This document shows, piece by piece, positions 19,651 to 29,526 of a stretch of 64,000 nt of DNA; position 1 is the first letter of the stretch; every line of letters starts with the position of its first letter. The stretch spans positions 3,605 to 67,604 of the forward strand of contig VGEU01000005.1 in assembly GCA_016869145.1 (NCBI GenBank), given 5' to 3'. A program made the position numbers and the translations under genes. The DNA is from Alphaproteobacteria bacterium. GTDB taxonomy: Bacteria > Pseudomonadota > Alphaproteobacteria > MPNO01 > VGEU01. The notes beneath the pieces were generated by a model. The model did no database searches. It was not told where the DNA came from and worked only from the letters and a program-made list of their open reading frames with translations.

Positions 19651-20400
19651 ATGGCCGTGACGACCACCAAGAAATCCGGCGGATTGTGGGACACGATCAA
19701 GACGGTCATCTACGCGGTCCTTATCGCGCTCTTCATTCGCACCGTCGCCTTCGAGCCGTTCAATATTCCTTCGGGCTCGATGATCCCGAGCCTCCTCGTC
19801 GGCGATTACCTGTTCGTTTCGAAGTACTCCTACGGCTACAGCCGCTACTCGCTGCCGCTCAGCCTGCCGTTGATCCCCGGCCGCGTCCTGTCGCGCGAGC
19901 CCGAGCGCGGCGATATCGCGGTGTTCAAGCTGCCGAGTGACAACAAGACCGACTACATCAAGCGGATCGTCGGCCTGCCGGGCGACCGCATCCAGGTGCG
20001 CCAGGGCCGGCTCTACATCAACGACGCCCAGCTCGAGCGGCGGCGGGTCGAGGACTTCGTCGAGACCGACCGCAGCGGGGCGGTCGTCCGCTACGCCCAG
20101 TTCATCGAGACGCTGCCGGGCGGGCGCACCCATCGCATCCTCGAGATCAGCGACAACGCCTCGCTCGACAATACCGGCGTCTATGTCGTGCCCAAGGGGC
20201 ACTATTTCGCCATGGGCGACAACCGCGACAACTCGCTCGACAGCCGCGTCCTCAATGGCGTCGGCTTCGTGCCGGTCGAGAATCTGGTCGGCCGCGCCGA
20301 GTTCCTGTTCTTCTCCACCAACGGCAGCGCAAGTCTGTGGGAAGTCTGGAAATGGCCGGGCGCGATCCGCTTCTCGCGCTTCTTCCAGTCCCTGCAATAG
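19651..20400 (+). CDS. lepB: Signal peptidase I
   Basis: IPSGSMIP (catalytic Ser), DYIKRIVGLPGD (catalytic Lys), GDNRDNSLDSR. Confidence 0.97.
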   Translation: MAVTTTKKSGGLWDTIKTVIYAVLIALFIRTVAFEPFNIPSGSMIPSLLVGDYLFVSKYSYGYSRYSLPLSLPLIPGRVLSREPERGDIAVFKLPSDNKTDYIKRIVGLPGDRIQVRQGRLYINDAQLERRRVEDFVETDRSGAVVRYAQFIETLPGGRTHRILEISDNASLDNTGVYVVPKGHYFAMGDNRDNSLDSRVLNGVGFVPVENLVGRAEFLFFSTNGSASLWEVWKWPGAIRFSRFFQSLQ

Positions 20401-21098
20401 TGGCGCCGGCCGATCCATCCGACGCGCTGGTGACGGCCCTCGGCCACCAGTTCCGGATGCCCGAGCTCCTCGAGCGCGCGCTGTCGCATTCATCGTCGGT
20501 CGGCGAAAGGGAGGCCGACGCGAGCTATCAACGGCTCGAGTTCCTCGGCGACCGGGTGCTCTCGCTCGTGGTCGCCGAAATGCTGTTCCGACGTTTCGAG
20601 ACCGACAACGAGGGCGCGCTCGCCCGCCGGCACGCGCTGATGGTCGACCGCGACAGCCTCGCCGAGGTTGCGCGCGCGATCGATCTCGGCCGCCATGTCC
20701 GGATGGCGCCGGGCGAGGTGGAGGCCGGCACGCGCGACCGTGCGACCGTCCTCGCCGATTGTTGCGAGGCGGTGATCGGGGCGCTCTATCTCGACGGCGG
20801 GCTCGCGGTCGCCGCGCGCTTCGTCGAGCGCCATTGGGCGCCGCGCATAACCGCGGCGCCGCCGCGCGATGCCAAGACCACGCTCCAGGAATGGGCGCAG
20901 GCGCGCCGCCTCAGGCTGCCGCGCTATCGGACCGTCGCGGTCGAAGGCCCCGCGCACGGTCCGCTGTTCACCATCGAGGTCGAGGTCGACGGTCTGCCGC
21001 CGGTCCGCGGCCAGGGCAACTCGAAACGCCTCGCCGAGCAGATCGCCGCGCAACGGATCCTCGATGCGATCGAGGAGCGCACCCGTCATGACCGTTGA
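20400..21098 (+). CDS. rnc: Ribonuclease III
   Basis: QRLEFLGDRVL signature, ADCCEAVIGALYLDGG, C-terminal dsRBD. GTG 20400 inferred. Confidence 0.96.
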   Translation: MAPADPSDALVTALGHQFRMPELLERALSHSSSVGEREADASYQRLEFLGDRVLSLVVAEMLFRRFETDNEGALARRHALMVDRDSLAEVARAIDLGRHVRMAPGEVEAGTRDRATVLADCCEAVIGALYLDGGLAVAARFVERHWAPRITAAPPRDAKTTLQEWAQARRLRLPRYRTVAVEGPAHGPLFTIEVEVDGLPPVRGQGNSKRLAEQIAAQRILDAIEERTRHDR

Positions 21099-22017
21099 GG
21101 AGACGACGGTCCGGCGCGCCGGTTTCGTCGCGATCGTCGGCGCGCCGAACGCCGGGAAATCGACGCTCGTCAACCAGCTCGTCGGCGCCAAGGTCTCGAT
21201 CGTCACGCCCAAGGCGCAGACGACGCGGACCCGGATCATCGCGATCGCGACCGAGGGCGCGACCCAGATCGTCTTCGTCGACACCCCCGGCATCTTCGCG
21301 CCGCGCCGCCGCCTCGACCGCGCCATGGTCGCCGCCGCCTGGGCCGGCGCGACCGATGCCGATCTCGTCGTCCTCGTGGTCGACGCGGCGGCGAAGATCG
21401 GCGGCGCGACGGCGCAAGTGATCGCGAGCCTTGAGGCGGCCGGGCGCCCCGCGATCCTCGTCCTCAACAAGATCGATCTCATCGCCCGCCCCTCGCTCCT
21501 CGCGCTCGCGAGGGACCTCCACGGCCGCGGCCCGTTCACCGACGTGTTCATGGTCTCGGCGCAGAACGGCGACGGCGTCGGCGATCTCCGTCGCCACGTC
21601 GCCGCGCGCCTGCCCGAAGGGCCGTGGCTCTATCCCGACGACCAGCTCTCCGACGTCAACGAGCGGCTGTTCGCCGCCGAGGTCACGCGCGAGCAGGTCT
21701 TTCTCCGCCTCCACCAGGAGGTCCCGTACTCGACCACCGTCGAGACCGAGGGCTGGGAGGAGTTCCGCGACGGCAGCGTGCGGATCAGCCAGGTCGTCTA
21801 TGTCGAGCGCGACAGCCAGCGCGCGATCGTCCTCGGCAAGGGCGGCCAGACGGTCAAGGCGATCGGCGCGGCGGCGCGCCACACGCTCGAGGCCGAGCTC
21901 GGCCGCAAGGTGCACCTCTTCGTCCACGTCCTCGTCCGCGAGAACTGGGGCGAGGACCCTGAACGCTACGCCGCCATCGGTCTCGAGTTCGACCCGCCCG
22001 AACCGGGCGGGCGCTGA
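21088..22017 (+). CDS. era: GTPase Era
   Basis: GAPNAGKST, QTTR, DTPG, NKID, KH domain VLGKGG. Confidence 0.97.
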   Translation: MTVEETTVRRAGFVAIVGAPNAGKSTLVNQLVGAKVSIVTPKAQTTRTRIIAIATEGATQIVFVDTPGIFAPRRRLDRAMVAAAWAGATDADLVVLVVDAAAKIGGATAQVIASLEAAGRPAILVLNKIDLIARPSLLALARDLHGRGPFTDVFMVSAQNGDGVGDLRRHVAARLPEGPWLYPDDQLSDVNERLFAAEVTREQVFLRLHQEVPYSTTVETEGWEEFRDGSVRISQVVYVERDSQRAIVLGKGGQTVKAIGAAARHTLEAELGRKVHLFVHVLVRENWGEDPERYAAIGLEFDPPEPGGR

Positions 22018-22029
22018 GCGGGCCGCATC

Positions 22030-22785
22030 ATGCAATGGTCGGACGATGCGATCGTGCTGACCGTCCGGAGCCACGGCGAGCACGGCGCGATCGCCTCGCT
22101 CCTCACGCGCGAGCACGGGCGTCACGCCGGTCTTCTCCGCGACGGCCGCGCGAAGGCCACCCGCGGCACGATGCAGACCGGCAATCGGGTCGCCGCCCAA
22201 TGGAGCGCGCGGCTCGGCGAGCATCTCGGCACCTGGCGCTGCGAGCTGCTGCGCGCCCATGCCGCCGACATCCTCGGCGATCCGCTCGCGCTCGCGGCGC
22301 TCGGCGCGCTCGCCGCCGTCGCCGAGGCGACGCTCCCCGAGCGCGAGCGGCACGCGCCGCTGTTCGCGACGACCGCGGCGCTGATCGAGGCGTTCGCGGC
22401 GCCCGGCTGGCCCGCCGCCTATGTCCAGTGGGAGCTCGCGCTCCTCGCCGAGCTCGGCTACGGCCTCGATCTCGCGCGCTGCGCGCTGACCGGCACGGTC
22501 GACGACCTCGCATTCGTCTCGCCGCGGACGGGGCGAGCGGTTTCGACCGCGGCGGCAGAGCCGTGGCGCGACCGCCTGATCGCTTTGCCGCGGTTTCTCG
22601 CCGCCGGCGGCAGCGCGGCGCCGACGCCTTCGGACATCGCGGCCGGGCTCGCCCTCACCGGCCACTTTGTCGAGCGCCATCTCCTCGTCCCGCAGGGTCG
22701 GCGCCTGCCGGCCGCCCGCGATCGATTCGTTGACGAGGTTCGCCGGCTCGCTAGTCTGTCGGCCGGGATGACCGATGCCCCCTGA
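22030..22785 (+). CDS. recO: DNA repair protein RecO
   Basis: [31 protein letters not shown]. Confidence 0.95.
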   Translation: MQWSDDAIVLTVRSHGEHGAIASLLTREHGRHAGLLRDGRAKATRGTMQTGNRVAAQWSARLGEHLGTWRCELLRAHAADILGDPLALAALGALAAVAEATLPERERHAPLFATTAALIEAFAAPGWPAAYVQWELALLAELGYGLDLARCALTGTVDDLAFVSPRTGRAVSTAAAEPWRDRLIALPRFLAAGGSAAPTPSDIAAGLALTGHFVERHLLVPQGRRLPAARDRFVDEVRRLASLSAGMTDAP

Positions 22786-24991
22786 CGACAGACAGATCCG
22801 CGACGTTGCGCTGACCGAGGCGTTGAGCGAGCGCTACCTCGCCTATGCGCTCTCGACCATCACGTCGCGCTCGCTCCCCGATGTGCGCGACGGGCTGAAG
22901 CCTGTCCACCGCCGACTCCTCTACGCGATGCGCCAGCTCGGGCTCGATCCCCGCGCGGGCTTCAAGAAATGCGCCCGCGTCGTCGGCGACGTGATCGGCA
23001 AATATCACCCGCATGGCGACGTCGCGGTCTATGACGCGCTGGTCCGCCTCGCGCAGGAATTCGCGGCGCGCTATCCGCTGGTCGAGGGGCAGGGCAATTT
23101 CGGCAATATCGACGGCGATAACGCCGCCGCGATGCGCTACACCGAGGCGCGGCTGACCGCCTTCGCCGAGGCCATGCTCGAAGGCATCGACGAGGACACC
23201 GTCGATTTCCGCGACAACTATGACGGCAGCGAGCGTGAGCCCGTCGTCCTTCCAGCCCGCGTGCCGAACCTCCTCGCCAACGGCGCCGCGGGCATCGCGG
23301 TCGGCATGGCGACGTCGATTCCGCCGCACAATGTCGGCGAGATCTGCGAGGCGCTGCGCTACCTGATCGGCCATCCCGAGGCCACGATCGACCAGCTTCT
23401 CCGCCGCATGCCAGGACCGGACTTTCCGACCGGCGGCATCCTGGTCGAAAGCCCGGAGAGCATCCGCGAGACCTATGTGACCGGACGCGGCAGCTTCCGC
23501 GTGCGCGCGCGCTGGACGGTCGAGAAGCTGAAGCACGGCCAGTACCAGGTGGTCGTCACCGAGATTCCCTACCAGGTGCAGAAATCGCGGGTGGTGGAGA
23601 AGATCGCCGAGCTCCTGTTGCAGCGGAAGCTGCCGCTTCTCACCGACGTCCGCGACGAATCGGCCGAGGACGTGCGTCTCGTCCTCGAGCCTCGGAGCCG
23701 GACGACGGAGCCCGAGGTGCTCATGGAATCGCTGTTCCGGGCGACCGAGCTCGAGGCCCGCATCGCGCTCAACATGAACGTCCTCGACGGCGGGCGGCTG
23801 CCGCGGGTGATGCATCTCCGCGAGGTGCTCCAGGCCTTCGTCGATCATCGCCTCGATGTCCTGGTGCGCCGCTCGCGCCACCGGCTCGAGGGCATCGACC
23901 GCCGGCTCGAGATCCTCGACGGCTATCTGATCGTCTACCTCAACCTCGACGAGGTCATCCGCATCATCCGCGAGGATGACGAGCCCAAGCCGGTGATGAT
24001 GGCGCGCTGGGGGCTCACCGAGACCCAGGTCGAGGCGATCCTCAACATGCGTCTCCGCTCGCTCCGGCGCCTCGAGGAGATCGAGATCCGGAAGGAGGTC
24101 AAGGACCTCAAGGCCGAGCGCAAGACTCTCAACGCGCTCATCGGCGACAAGGCGGCACGGCTCGAGGCGATTGGCGCCGAGATCCGGGAGACCCAGACAC
24201 GCTTCGGTGGCGCGACCGCGCTCGGCAAGCGGCGAACGACCATCGACAAGGCGCCGACGGTCGTCGACGTGCCGCTCGAGGCGGTCGTCGAGCGCGAGCC
24301 GATCACCGTCATCTGCTCGGAGAAGGGCTGGATCCGCGCCGCGAAGGGCCATCTCGGTGACGGCGCCGAGCTCAAATACAAGGAAGGCGACCGGGGCCGC
24401 TTCGTAGTCCCCGCCGAGACGACGGACAAGATCGTCCTCTTCGGCACCAATGGCCGCTTCTATACGCTCTCCGCCGACAAGCTGCCAGGCGCGCGCGGCC
24501 ATGGCGAGCCGGTCCGGCTGATGATCGATCTCGGCAACGACCAGGACATCGTCGCGCTCTTCGTGCACAAGCCGGGGCGGAGGCTCCTCGTCGCCGCAAC
24601 CGACGCGCGTGGCTTCCTCGTGCCCGAGGACGAGGTGCTGGCGCAGACCCGGGCCGGCCGCCAGGTGCTCAACGTCTCGGGCGATATCGAGGCGCGCGTC
24701 TGCGTGCCGGCCGAGGGCGACAGCGTCGCGGTCCTCGGCTCCAACCGCAAGCTCCTGGTGTTCCCGCTCGACGAACTGCCCGAGATGACCCGCGGCCGCG
24801 GCGTCATCCTCCAGAAGCACAAGGACGGCGAGCTCGCCGACGTCCAGGTGTTCCGCCTCGCCGACGGCCTCGCCTGGCGCCTCGGCGATCGGACGCGGGT
24901 CGAGAACGACTTGCGCGATTGGCTGGGTGCCCGCGCCCAGGCCGGCCGGATGGTGCCCAAGGGCTTCCCCAAGTCCAACCGGTTTTTCTGA
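22775..24991 (+). CDS. parC: DNA topoisomerase IV subunit A
   Basis: [24 protein letters not shown] (catalytic Tyr); 738 aa with no evident GyrA-box; follows recO. Confidence 0.93.
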   Translation: MPPDDRQIRDVALTEALSERYLAYALSTITSRSLPDVRDGLKPVHRRLLYAMRQLGLDPRAGFKKCARVVGDVIGKYHPHGDVAVYDALVRLAQEFAARYPLVEGQGNFGNIDGDNAAAMRYTEARLTAFAEAMLEGIDEDTVDFRDNYDGSEREPVVLPARVPNLLANGAAGIAVGMATSIPPHNVGEICEALRYLIGHPEATIDQLLRRMPGPDFPTGGILVESPESIRETYVTGRGSFRVRARWTVEKLKHGQYQVVVTEIPYQVQKSRVVEKIAELLLQRKLPLLTDVRDESAEDVRLVLEPRSRTTEPEVLMESLFRATELEARIALNMNVLDGGRLPRVMHLREVLQAFVDHRLDVLVRRSRHRLEGIDRRLEILDGYLIVYLNLDEVIRIIREDDEPKPVMMARWGLTETQVEAILNMRLRSLRRLEEIEIRKEVKDLKAERKTLNALIGDKAARLEAIGAEIRETQTRFGGATALGKRRTTIDKAPTVVDVPLEAVVEREPITVICSEKGWIRAAKGHLGDGAELKYKEGDRGRFVVPAETTDKIVLFGTNGRFYTLSADKLPGARGHGEPVRLMIDLGNDQDIVALFVHKPGRRLLVAATDARGFLVPEDEVLAQTRAGRQVLNVSGDIEARVCVPAEGDSVAVLGSNRKLLVFPLDELPEMTRGRGVILQKHKDGELADVQVFRLADGLAWRLGDRTRVENDLRDWLGARAQAGRMVPKGFPKSNRFF

Positions 24992-25128
24992 CGCAGCGGA
25001 CGGGCCGGGTTTTCGCTGGCCAGCCGGGCGAAGCCTCGGCTACAAGCGGGCGACCGGATGCAGACAAGGGGAGCGCCGGCAAGGCGCGCGCGTTCGGTCG
25101 GGAGGATCCACGTCAGCCGGAGAACGGC

Positions 25129-25668
25129 GTGCAGGGGCTCGCGGCCTTCGTCCGCCTCGTCGACCGCTTCAACGACCTCGTCGGTCGCACCATCGCGTGG
25201 CTGATCTTCGGCTCGGTGTTGATCTGCGCCTCGACCGCGATCATGCGCTACGCCCTCAATATCGGCTTCGTGTGGATGCAGGAGCTCTACATCGTCCTGT
25301 TCGGGCTCAACTTCACGCTTGCGGCCGGGTGGGCGTATTACAAGAACCAGCACGTCCGCGTCGACCTCCTCCATATCCGCATGAACGAGCGTCGGCGCGC
25401 CTGGGTGGAGCTGATCGGCTTCTTCGTGCTGCTGTTGCCCTGGCTCGCCGTCATCATCTACGCCGCGGTGCCGTTCGTCGGGCTGTCCTGGCGCATCCTC
25501 GAATCCTCGAGCCAGGCGAGCGGCATGCCGGGCGTATTCCTCTATAAGACCGCGATCCCGATCTTCTGCTTCGTCCTCGGCGTCCAGGGGCTCGCCGCGG
25601 TGTCGCGGAGCGTCCTCGTCCTCGCGAACCGGCAGGATCTCCTGCCGCCGCGCGGCGATGCGGCCTGA
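25129..25668 (+). CDS. TRAP transporter small permease (DctQ)
   Basis: Four TM segments, QHVRVDLL, SSQASGMPG. GGAGA RBS before GTG 25129. Confidence 0.9.
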   Translation: MQGLAAFVRLVDRFNDLVGRTIAWLIFGSVLICASTAIMRYALNIGFVWMQELYIVLFGLNFTLAAGWAYYKNQHVRVDLLHIRMNERRRAWVELIGFFVLLLPWLAVIIYAAVPFVGLSWRILESSSQASGMPGVFLYKTAIPIFCFVLGVQGLAAVSRSVLVLANRQDLLPPRGDAA

Positions 25669-25680
25669 GACGGCGCACCG

Positions 25681-27159
25681 ATGTCGACCGTCGTCATCGG
25701 CGAGCTCCTGAGCGGCGCGCTCCTCATCGTCATCTGCTTCGTCCTGATGGCGGGCTATCCGGTGGCGTTCAGCCTCGCCGGCACGTCGCTGATCATCGCC
25801 TCGGTCGGCTGGCTGTTCGGCGCCTTCGACTTCGCGATCCTGCACGGTGTCGCCTCGCGCATCTTCGGGGTGATGAACAACGAGGTGCTGGTCGCCGTGC
25901 CCTTGTTCGTCTTCATGGGGATGATCCTCGAACGCTCGCGCATCGCCGAGGACCTCCTGACGACGATGGGCCAGCTTTTCGGCTCGGCGCGCGGCGGTCT
26001 CGGCTATTCGGTGGTCCTCGTCGGCGCGCTGCTCGCGGCCTCGACCGGCGTCGTCGGGGCGACCGTCGTGACGATGGGTCTCATCAGCCTGCCCGCGATG
26101 ACGCGCGCGGGCTACGACCCCAAGGTATCGACCGGCGTCATCTGCGCCTCGGCGACCCTCGCCCAGATCATTCCGCCGTCGACCGTCCTCATCTTCGTCG
26201 GCGACATGCTGCAGGGGATCAACCAGACGGCGCAGCTCAAGCGCGGCAATTTCGCGCCCGAGCCCGTCTCGGTCGGCGATCTCTTCGCGGGCGCGCTCAT
26301 TCCCGGGCTGATCCTCGTCGGCCTCTACGCGCTCTGGATCTTCTACAAGACCGTGTTCCAGCCGCACACGGTGCTGGCCCTCGTGATGAGCGCCGAGGAG
26401 AAGCGGAGCCTCGCCGTCCGCGTCGTGACGACGCTATTGCCGCCGCTTCTTCTCATCCTCGCCGTCCTCGGCAGCATCCTCGCCGGCGTCGCCACGCCGA
26501 CGGAATCGGCCTCGATCGGCGCGATCGGCGCGATCGTCCTCGCGCTTCTCAAGGGTCGCTTCTCCTACGAGATCCTGCGCACGGCCGCCTACAACACGAC
26601 GCTCACCACGTCGATGATCTTCATCATCCTGCTCGGCGCGTCGATCTTCTCGCTCGTCTTCCGCGGCCTCGGCGGCGAGGTCATGGTCGAGGAGTTCCTC
26701 AAGGACATGCCGGGCGGCGTGTTCGGCGCCATGATGCTGGTCATGGCGATCATGTTCGTGCTCGGGTTCTTCCTCGACACGTTCGAGATCATCTTCATCA
26801 TGCTGCCGATCTGCGGCGTGCCGCTCCTCGTGATGGGGCTCGACCCGATCTGGCTCGGCGTCATGATCGGCATCAATCTCCAGACGAGCTTCCTCACGCC
26901 GCCCTTCGGATTCACGCTGTTCTACATGCGGAACATCGCGCCGGCGTCGATCCCGACCACGGCGATCTGGCGGGGCGTCGTTCCGTTCGTCGTTCTGCAG
27001 GTCGTTGGTCTCGCGCTGGTCTGGCACTACGAGGAGCTCGCGACCTGGCTCCCCAATTTGATCTTCCGCGACGATATCGCGACCGTGATCCAGAACGCGC
27101 CGCCGCCGCCGCCGATGGATGGTCCCGAGGTCGACCCCGGCGACCCACCGCCCGGCTAG
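25681..27159 (+). CDS. TRAP transporter large permease (DctM)
   Basis: GYPVAFSLAG, AVPLFVFMG, QIIPPS, LTPPFG. Confidence 0.93.
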   Translation: MSTVVIGELLSGALLIVICFVLMAGYPVAFSLAGTSLIIASVGWLFGAFDFAILHGVASRIFGVMNNEVLVAVPLFVFMGMILERSRIAEDLLTTMGQLFGSARGGLGYSVVLVGALLAASTGVVGATVVTMGLISLPAMTRAGYDPKVSTGVICASATLAQIIPPSTVLIFVGDMLQGINQTAQLKRGNFAPEPVSVGDLFAGALIPGLILVGLYALWIFYKTVFQPHTVLALVMSAEEKRSLAVRVVTTLLPPLLLILAVLGSILAGVATPTESASIGAIGAIVLALLKGRFSYEILRTAAYNTTLTTSMIFIILLGASIFSLVFRGLGGEVMVEEFLKDMPGGVFGAMMLVMAIMFVLGFFLDTFEIIFIMLPICGVPLLVMGLDPIWLGVMIGINLQTSFLTPPFGFTLFYMRNIAPASIPTTAIWRGVVPFVVLQVVGLALVWHYEELATWLPNLIFRDDIATVIQNAPPPPPMDGPEVDPGDPPPG

Positions 27160-27163
27160 AGCC

Positions 27164-27352
27164 ATGGAATCGACGATCGGTCTCGCTCTCCTCGGTCTCT
27201 ATGCGCTGGTGTTCCTGCCGCTCCTCCGCGCCGCGCGGGCCGGAGAGCGCAGCCCGTTGCGCGGCAACCGCGGGATCGAGACCGCGCTCCTGATCCACAT
27301 CATTCTTCTCGTCGTCGGCGTCGCGCTCGTGATCGACGGATTCTTTCTCTGA
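27164..27352 (+). CDS. Small 2-TM hypothetical protein (62 aa)
   Basis: ATG 4 nt after the dctM stop; two hydrophobic helices; CTC/GTC/ATC codon bias matches the genome. Confidence 0.7.
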   Translation: MESTIGLALLGLYALVFLPLLRAARAGERSPLRGNRGIETALLIHIILLVVGVALVIDGFFL

Positions 27353-27363
27353 GGCCGGAACGA

Positions 27364-27393
27364 GAAGGGGCCGGGCGATCGGCCCGGCCCTTC
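27364..27393. terminator. Bidirectional hairpin between convergent genes
   Basis: gaaggggccgggc-gatcg-gcccggcccttc; arms complementary apart from one extra G. Confidence 0.65.
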
Positions 27394-27416
27394 GATCGTT
27401 CGCGCGCGCGTTCGGC

Positions 27417-28532
27417 CTATTCGACGTATTTGTAGGCGAGCGTGCGGGCGTTGTAATAGGCCTGCTCGAAGTTCCGCATATAGGGAAGGAGCGTCTTCCG
27501 CGCATTGAGGAAGGAGTCGAACACCTTCTTGCCGACGGCATCGGCCTTGTCGCGCTCTTCGATCATGACCTGGCCCGAGGCGTTGCCGAACGCGATCAGA
27601 AGCTGGTTCGAGGCGCGCCGGATCGTGATGCCGTGGCGGGTCCTGAGCGTCTCGGAGGCTTCCGCCGACTTCGCGTTGAACTCGGCGAGGACGTCGTCGT
27701 GGCCCATCTGCGACGCGGCGGCGACGATCATCTTGAGGTCGTTCGGCAGCGCATCGTATTTGCGCTTGTCGACCATGAGCTGGATGCCGGTCGAGGGCTC
27801 GTGGAAGCCCGGGCTGTAATAGAACTTGGCGACCTGGTGGAAGCCGAAGGCGAGATCGTTATAGGGACCGACCCACTCGGTCGCGTCGATCGTGCCCGAT
27901 TGCAACGCGGCGAAGATCTCGCCGCCGGCGAGAAGGACGACGGTTGCGCCGAGCTTCTTGATGACCTCGCCGCCGAGACCGGGCATCCGCTTCTTGAGGC
28001 CCTTGTAGTCGTCGGGGACGTTCACTTCCTTCTTGTACCAGCCGAGCGCCTGGGTGCCGGTATTGCCGGCGAGGAAGCCCTTCAGGTTGAACGGCGCGTA
28101 GAGCTCGTCCCACACCTCCTGGCCGCCGAGATGGTGGATCCAGGCCGTCATCTCGCCCGCGGTGAGCCCGAACGGCACGGCGGCGAAGAACGCGGTCTGG
28201 CGGTGCTTGCCGAGGTGATAGTACGAGGCGTCGTGGCCCATCTCCGCGGTGCCGTTGGACACGGCGTCGAAGCACTGGAGCGCGGGCACGAGCTCGCCGC
28301 CCGCGAACACCTTCACGGTCAGGCGCCCGTCCGACATCTGGCCGATGCGCTGGGCGAGCTTCTCGGCGCTGGTGCCGAGGCCGGGGAAGTTCTTCGGCCA
28401 GCTCGTCACCATCCGCCATTCGAGGCGGCCCTGCGATATCGCGGGCGCGGGGAACGAGGACGCGGCGGCGACGCCGAGCCCGGCGGTCGCGGCTCCGGCG
28501 ATGAATGAACGGCGTCGTACGGTTTTCGGCAT
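27417..28532 (-). CDS. TRAP substrate-binding protein (DctP, TakP-like; probable monocarboxylate/keto-acid ligand), Tat signal
   Basis: RRSFI twin-arginine signal, FPAPAI, WRMVTSWP, GTIDATEWVGPYND. Confidence 0.9.
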   Translation of the reverse strand: MPKTVRRRSFIAGAATAGLGVAAASSFPAPAISQGRLEWRMVTSWPKNFPGLGTSAEKLAQRIGQMSDGRLTVKVFAGGELVPALQCFDAVSNGTAEMGHDASYYHLGKHRQTAFFAAVPFGLTAGEMTAWIHHLGGQEVWDELYAPFNLKGFLAGNTGTQALGWYKKEVNVPDDYKGLKKRMPGLGGEVIKKLGATVVLLAGGEIFAALQSGTIDATEWVGPYNDLAFGFHQVAKFYYSPGFHEPSTGIQLMVDKRKYDALPNDLKMIVAAASQMGHDDVLAEFNAKSAEASETLRTRHGITIRRASNQLLIAFGNASGQVMIEERDKADAVGKKVFDSFLNARKTLLPYMRNFEQAYYNARTLAYKYVE

Positions 28533-28657
28533 TGTTTCTCTCCCAGGCGCGGGGGTTGCTGCGCGTTATTTTGGACGGCTATGCGCCTCGGGTGCGCCTT
28601 GGCCGTCCACCTCCGATCGCTTCATCTAGCGTGGTGACGCGGCCGCAGCAATCCCGT

Positions 28658-28671
28658 GACAAAAATTTGTC
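28658..28671. promoter_or_regulatory. Palindromic operator candidate upstream of dctP
   Basis: GACAAA-AA-TTTGTC, a perfect AT-rich dyad in a GC-rich background. Confidence 0.45.
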
Positions 28672-28691
28672 GGCACTCTGCGGGGGGCTGC

Positions 28692-29468
28692 CTAGCCGGG
28701 GAGGGGGCCCCAGCCATCCGGGCCGAGCTGCTCGAGCGGCCGGAAGCGGGTCTTGTAGGCCATCTTGTCGCTGTCGGCGATCCAGTAGCCGAGATAGACA
28801 TAGGGGCGGCTCTCGGCGGCGGCGAGCGCGACGAGGTCGAGGATCATGAACGTGCCGATGCCGCGGCCCGCCATCTCGGGATCGAAGAAGCTGTAGACGG
28901 CCGAATAGGAGTTGTCGAGCCGATCGGCCAGCATCGCGCCGACCAGGCGACCATCGGGCTCGCGATACTCGATGATCCGGCTGTCGATCGGGGTCTCCTC
29001 CACCATGGCCCGGAAGTCGTTGAAGGTCATGGCCGCCATGTCGCCGCCGCCGTGGCGGGACCGCTGATAGCGGGCGAACAGTCGATATTGCTCCATGGTG
29101 GCGAGCGCCGTGAGATTGGCCCGTCGGAGCGAGGCGTTGCGGATTTCGGTCCGCCGGAGCGAGCGGTTGCGGACCAGATCGCCGACCACGATGCGGACCG
29201 GGACGCAGGCATTGCAGGCCGGGCAGGCGGGCCGGTAGGCGAGGCCGTGGCTGCGGCGGAACCCGGCCCGCGACAGCCGCTCGTAATAGGCCTGGGAATG
29301 GGGTCCGGCGAGATCGGTCACCACCTTGCGCTCGATGCGGCCCGCGACATAGGGGCAGGGAAGCGCCCGGGTGCCGAAAAAGAAGCGCTGCGGCCGGGCC
29401 AGAGACTGGCTCGTGCCCGTGGTGGATTGCCCCGGCAGCGGGGCGGGATCGACGCGGCCGATCGACAT
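28692..29468 (-). CDS. Arginyl-tRNA-protein transferase family (ATE-like; bacterial Bpt Asp/Glu leucyltransferase)
   Basis: CPY, GFRRSH..AYRPAC..C..C.PVRI, SAVYSFFDP, YLGYWI..S.KM.YK. Confidence 0.92.
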   Translation of the reverse strand: MSIGRVDPAPLPGQSTTGTSQSLARPQRFFFGTRALPCPYVAGRIERKVVTDLAGPHSQAYYERLSRAGFRRSHGLAYRPACPACNACVPVRIVVGDLVRNRSLRRTEIRNASLRRANLTALATMEQYRLFARYQRSRHGGGDMAAMTFNDFRAMVEETPIDSRIIEYREPDGRLVGAMLADRLDNSYSAVYSFFDPEMAGRGIGTFMILDLVALAAAESRPYVYLGYWIADSDKMAYKTRFRPLEQLGPDGWGPLPG

Positions 29469-29526
29469 GGCCGGAGACTATAGACGGGATCGGGCGGACG
29501 TCCAATCGCCCCGGCGCCGGACGTGG

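Noticed and set aside
1588-29468. A protein quality-control cluster (ptrB, arfB, smpB, bpt)
   Set aside because: The genes are dispersed, on different strands and all common housekeeping functions; nothing indicates a shared unit.
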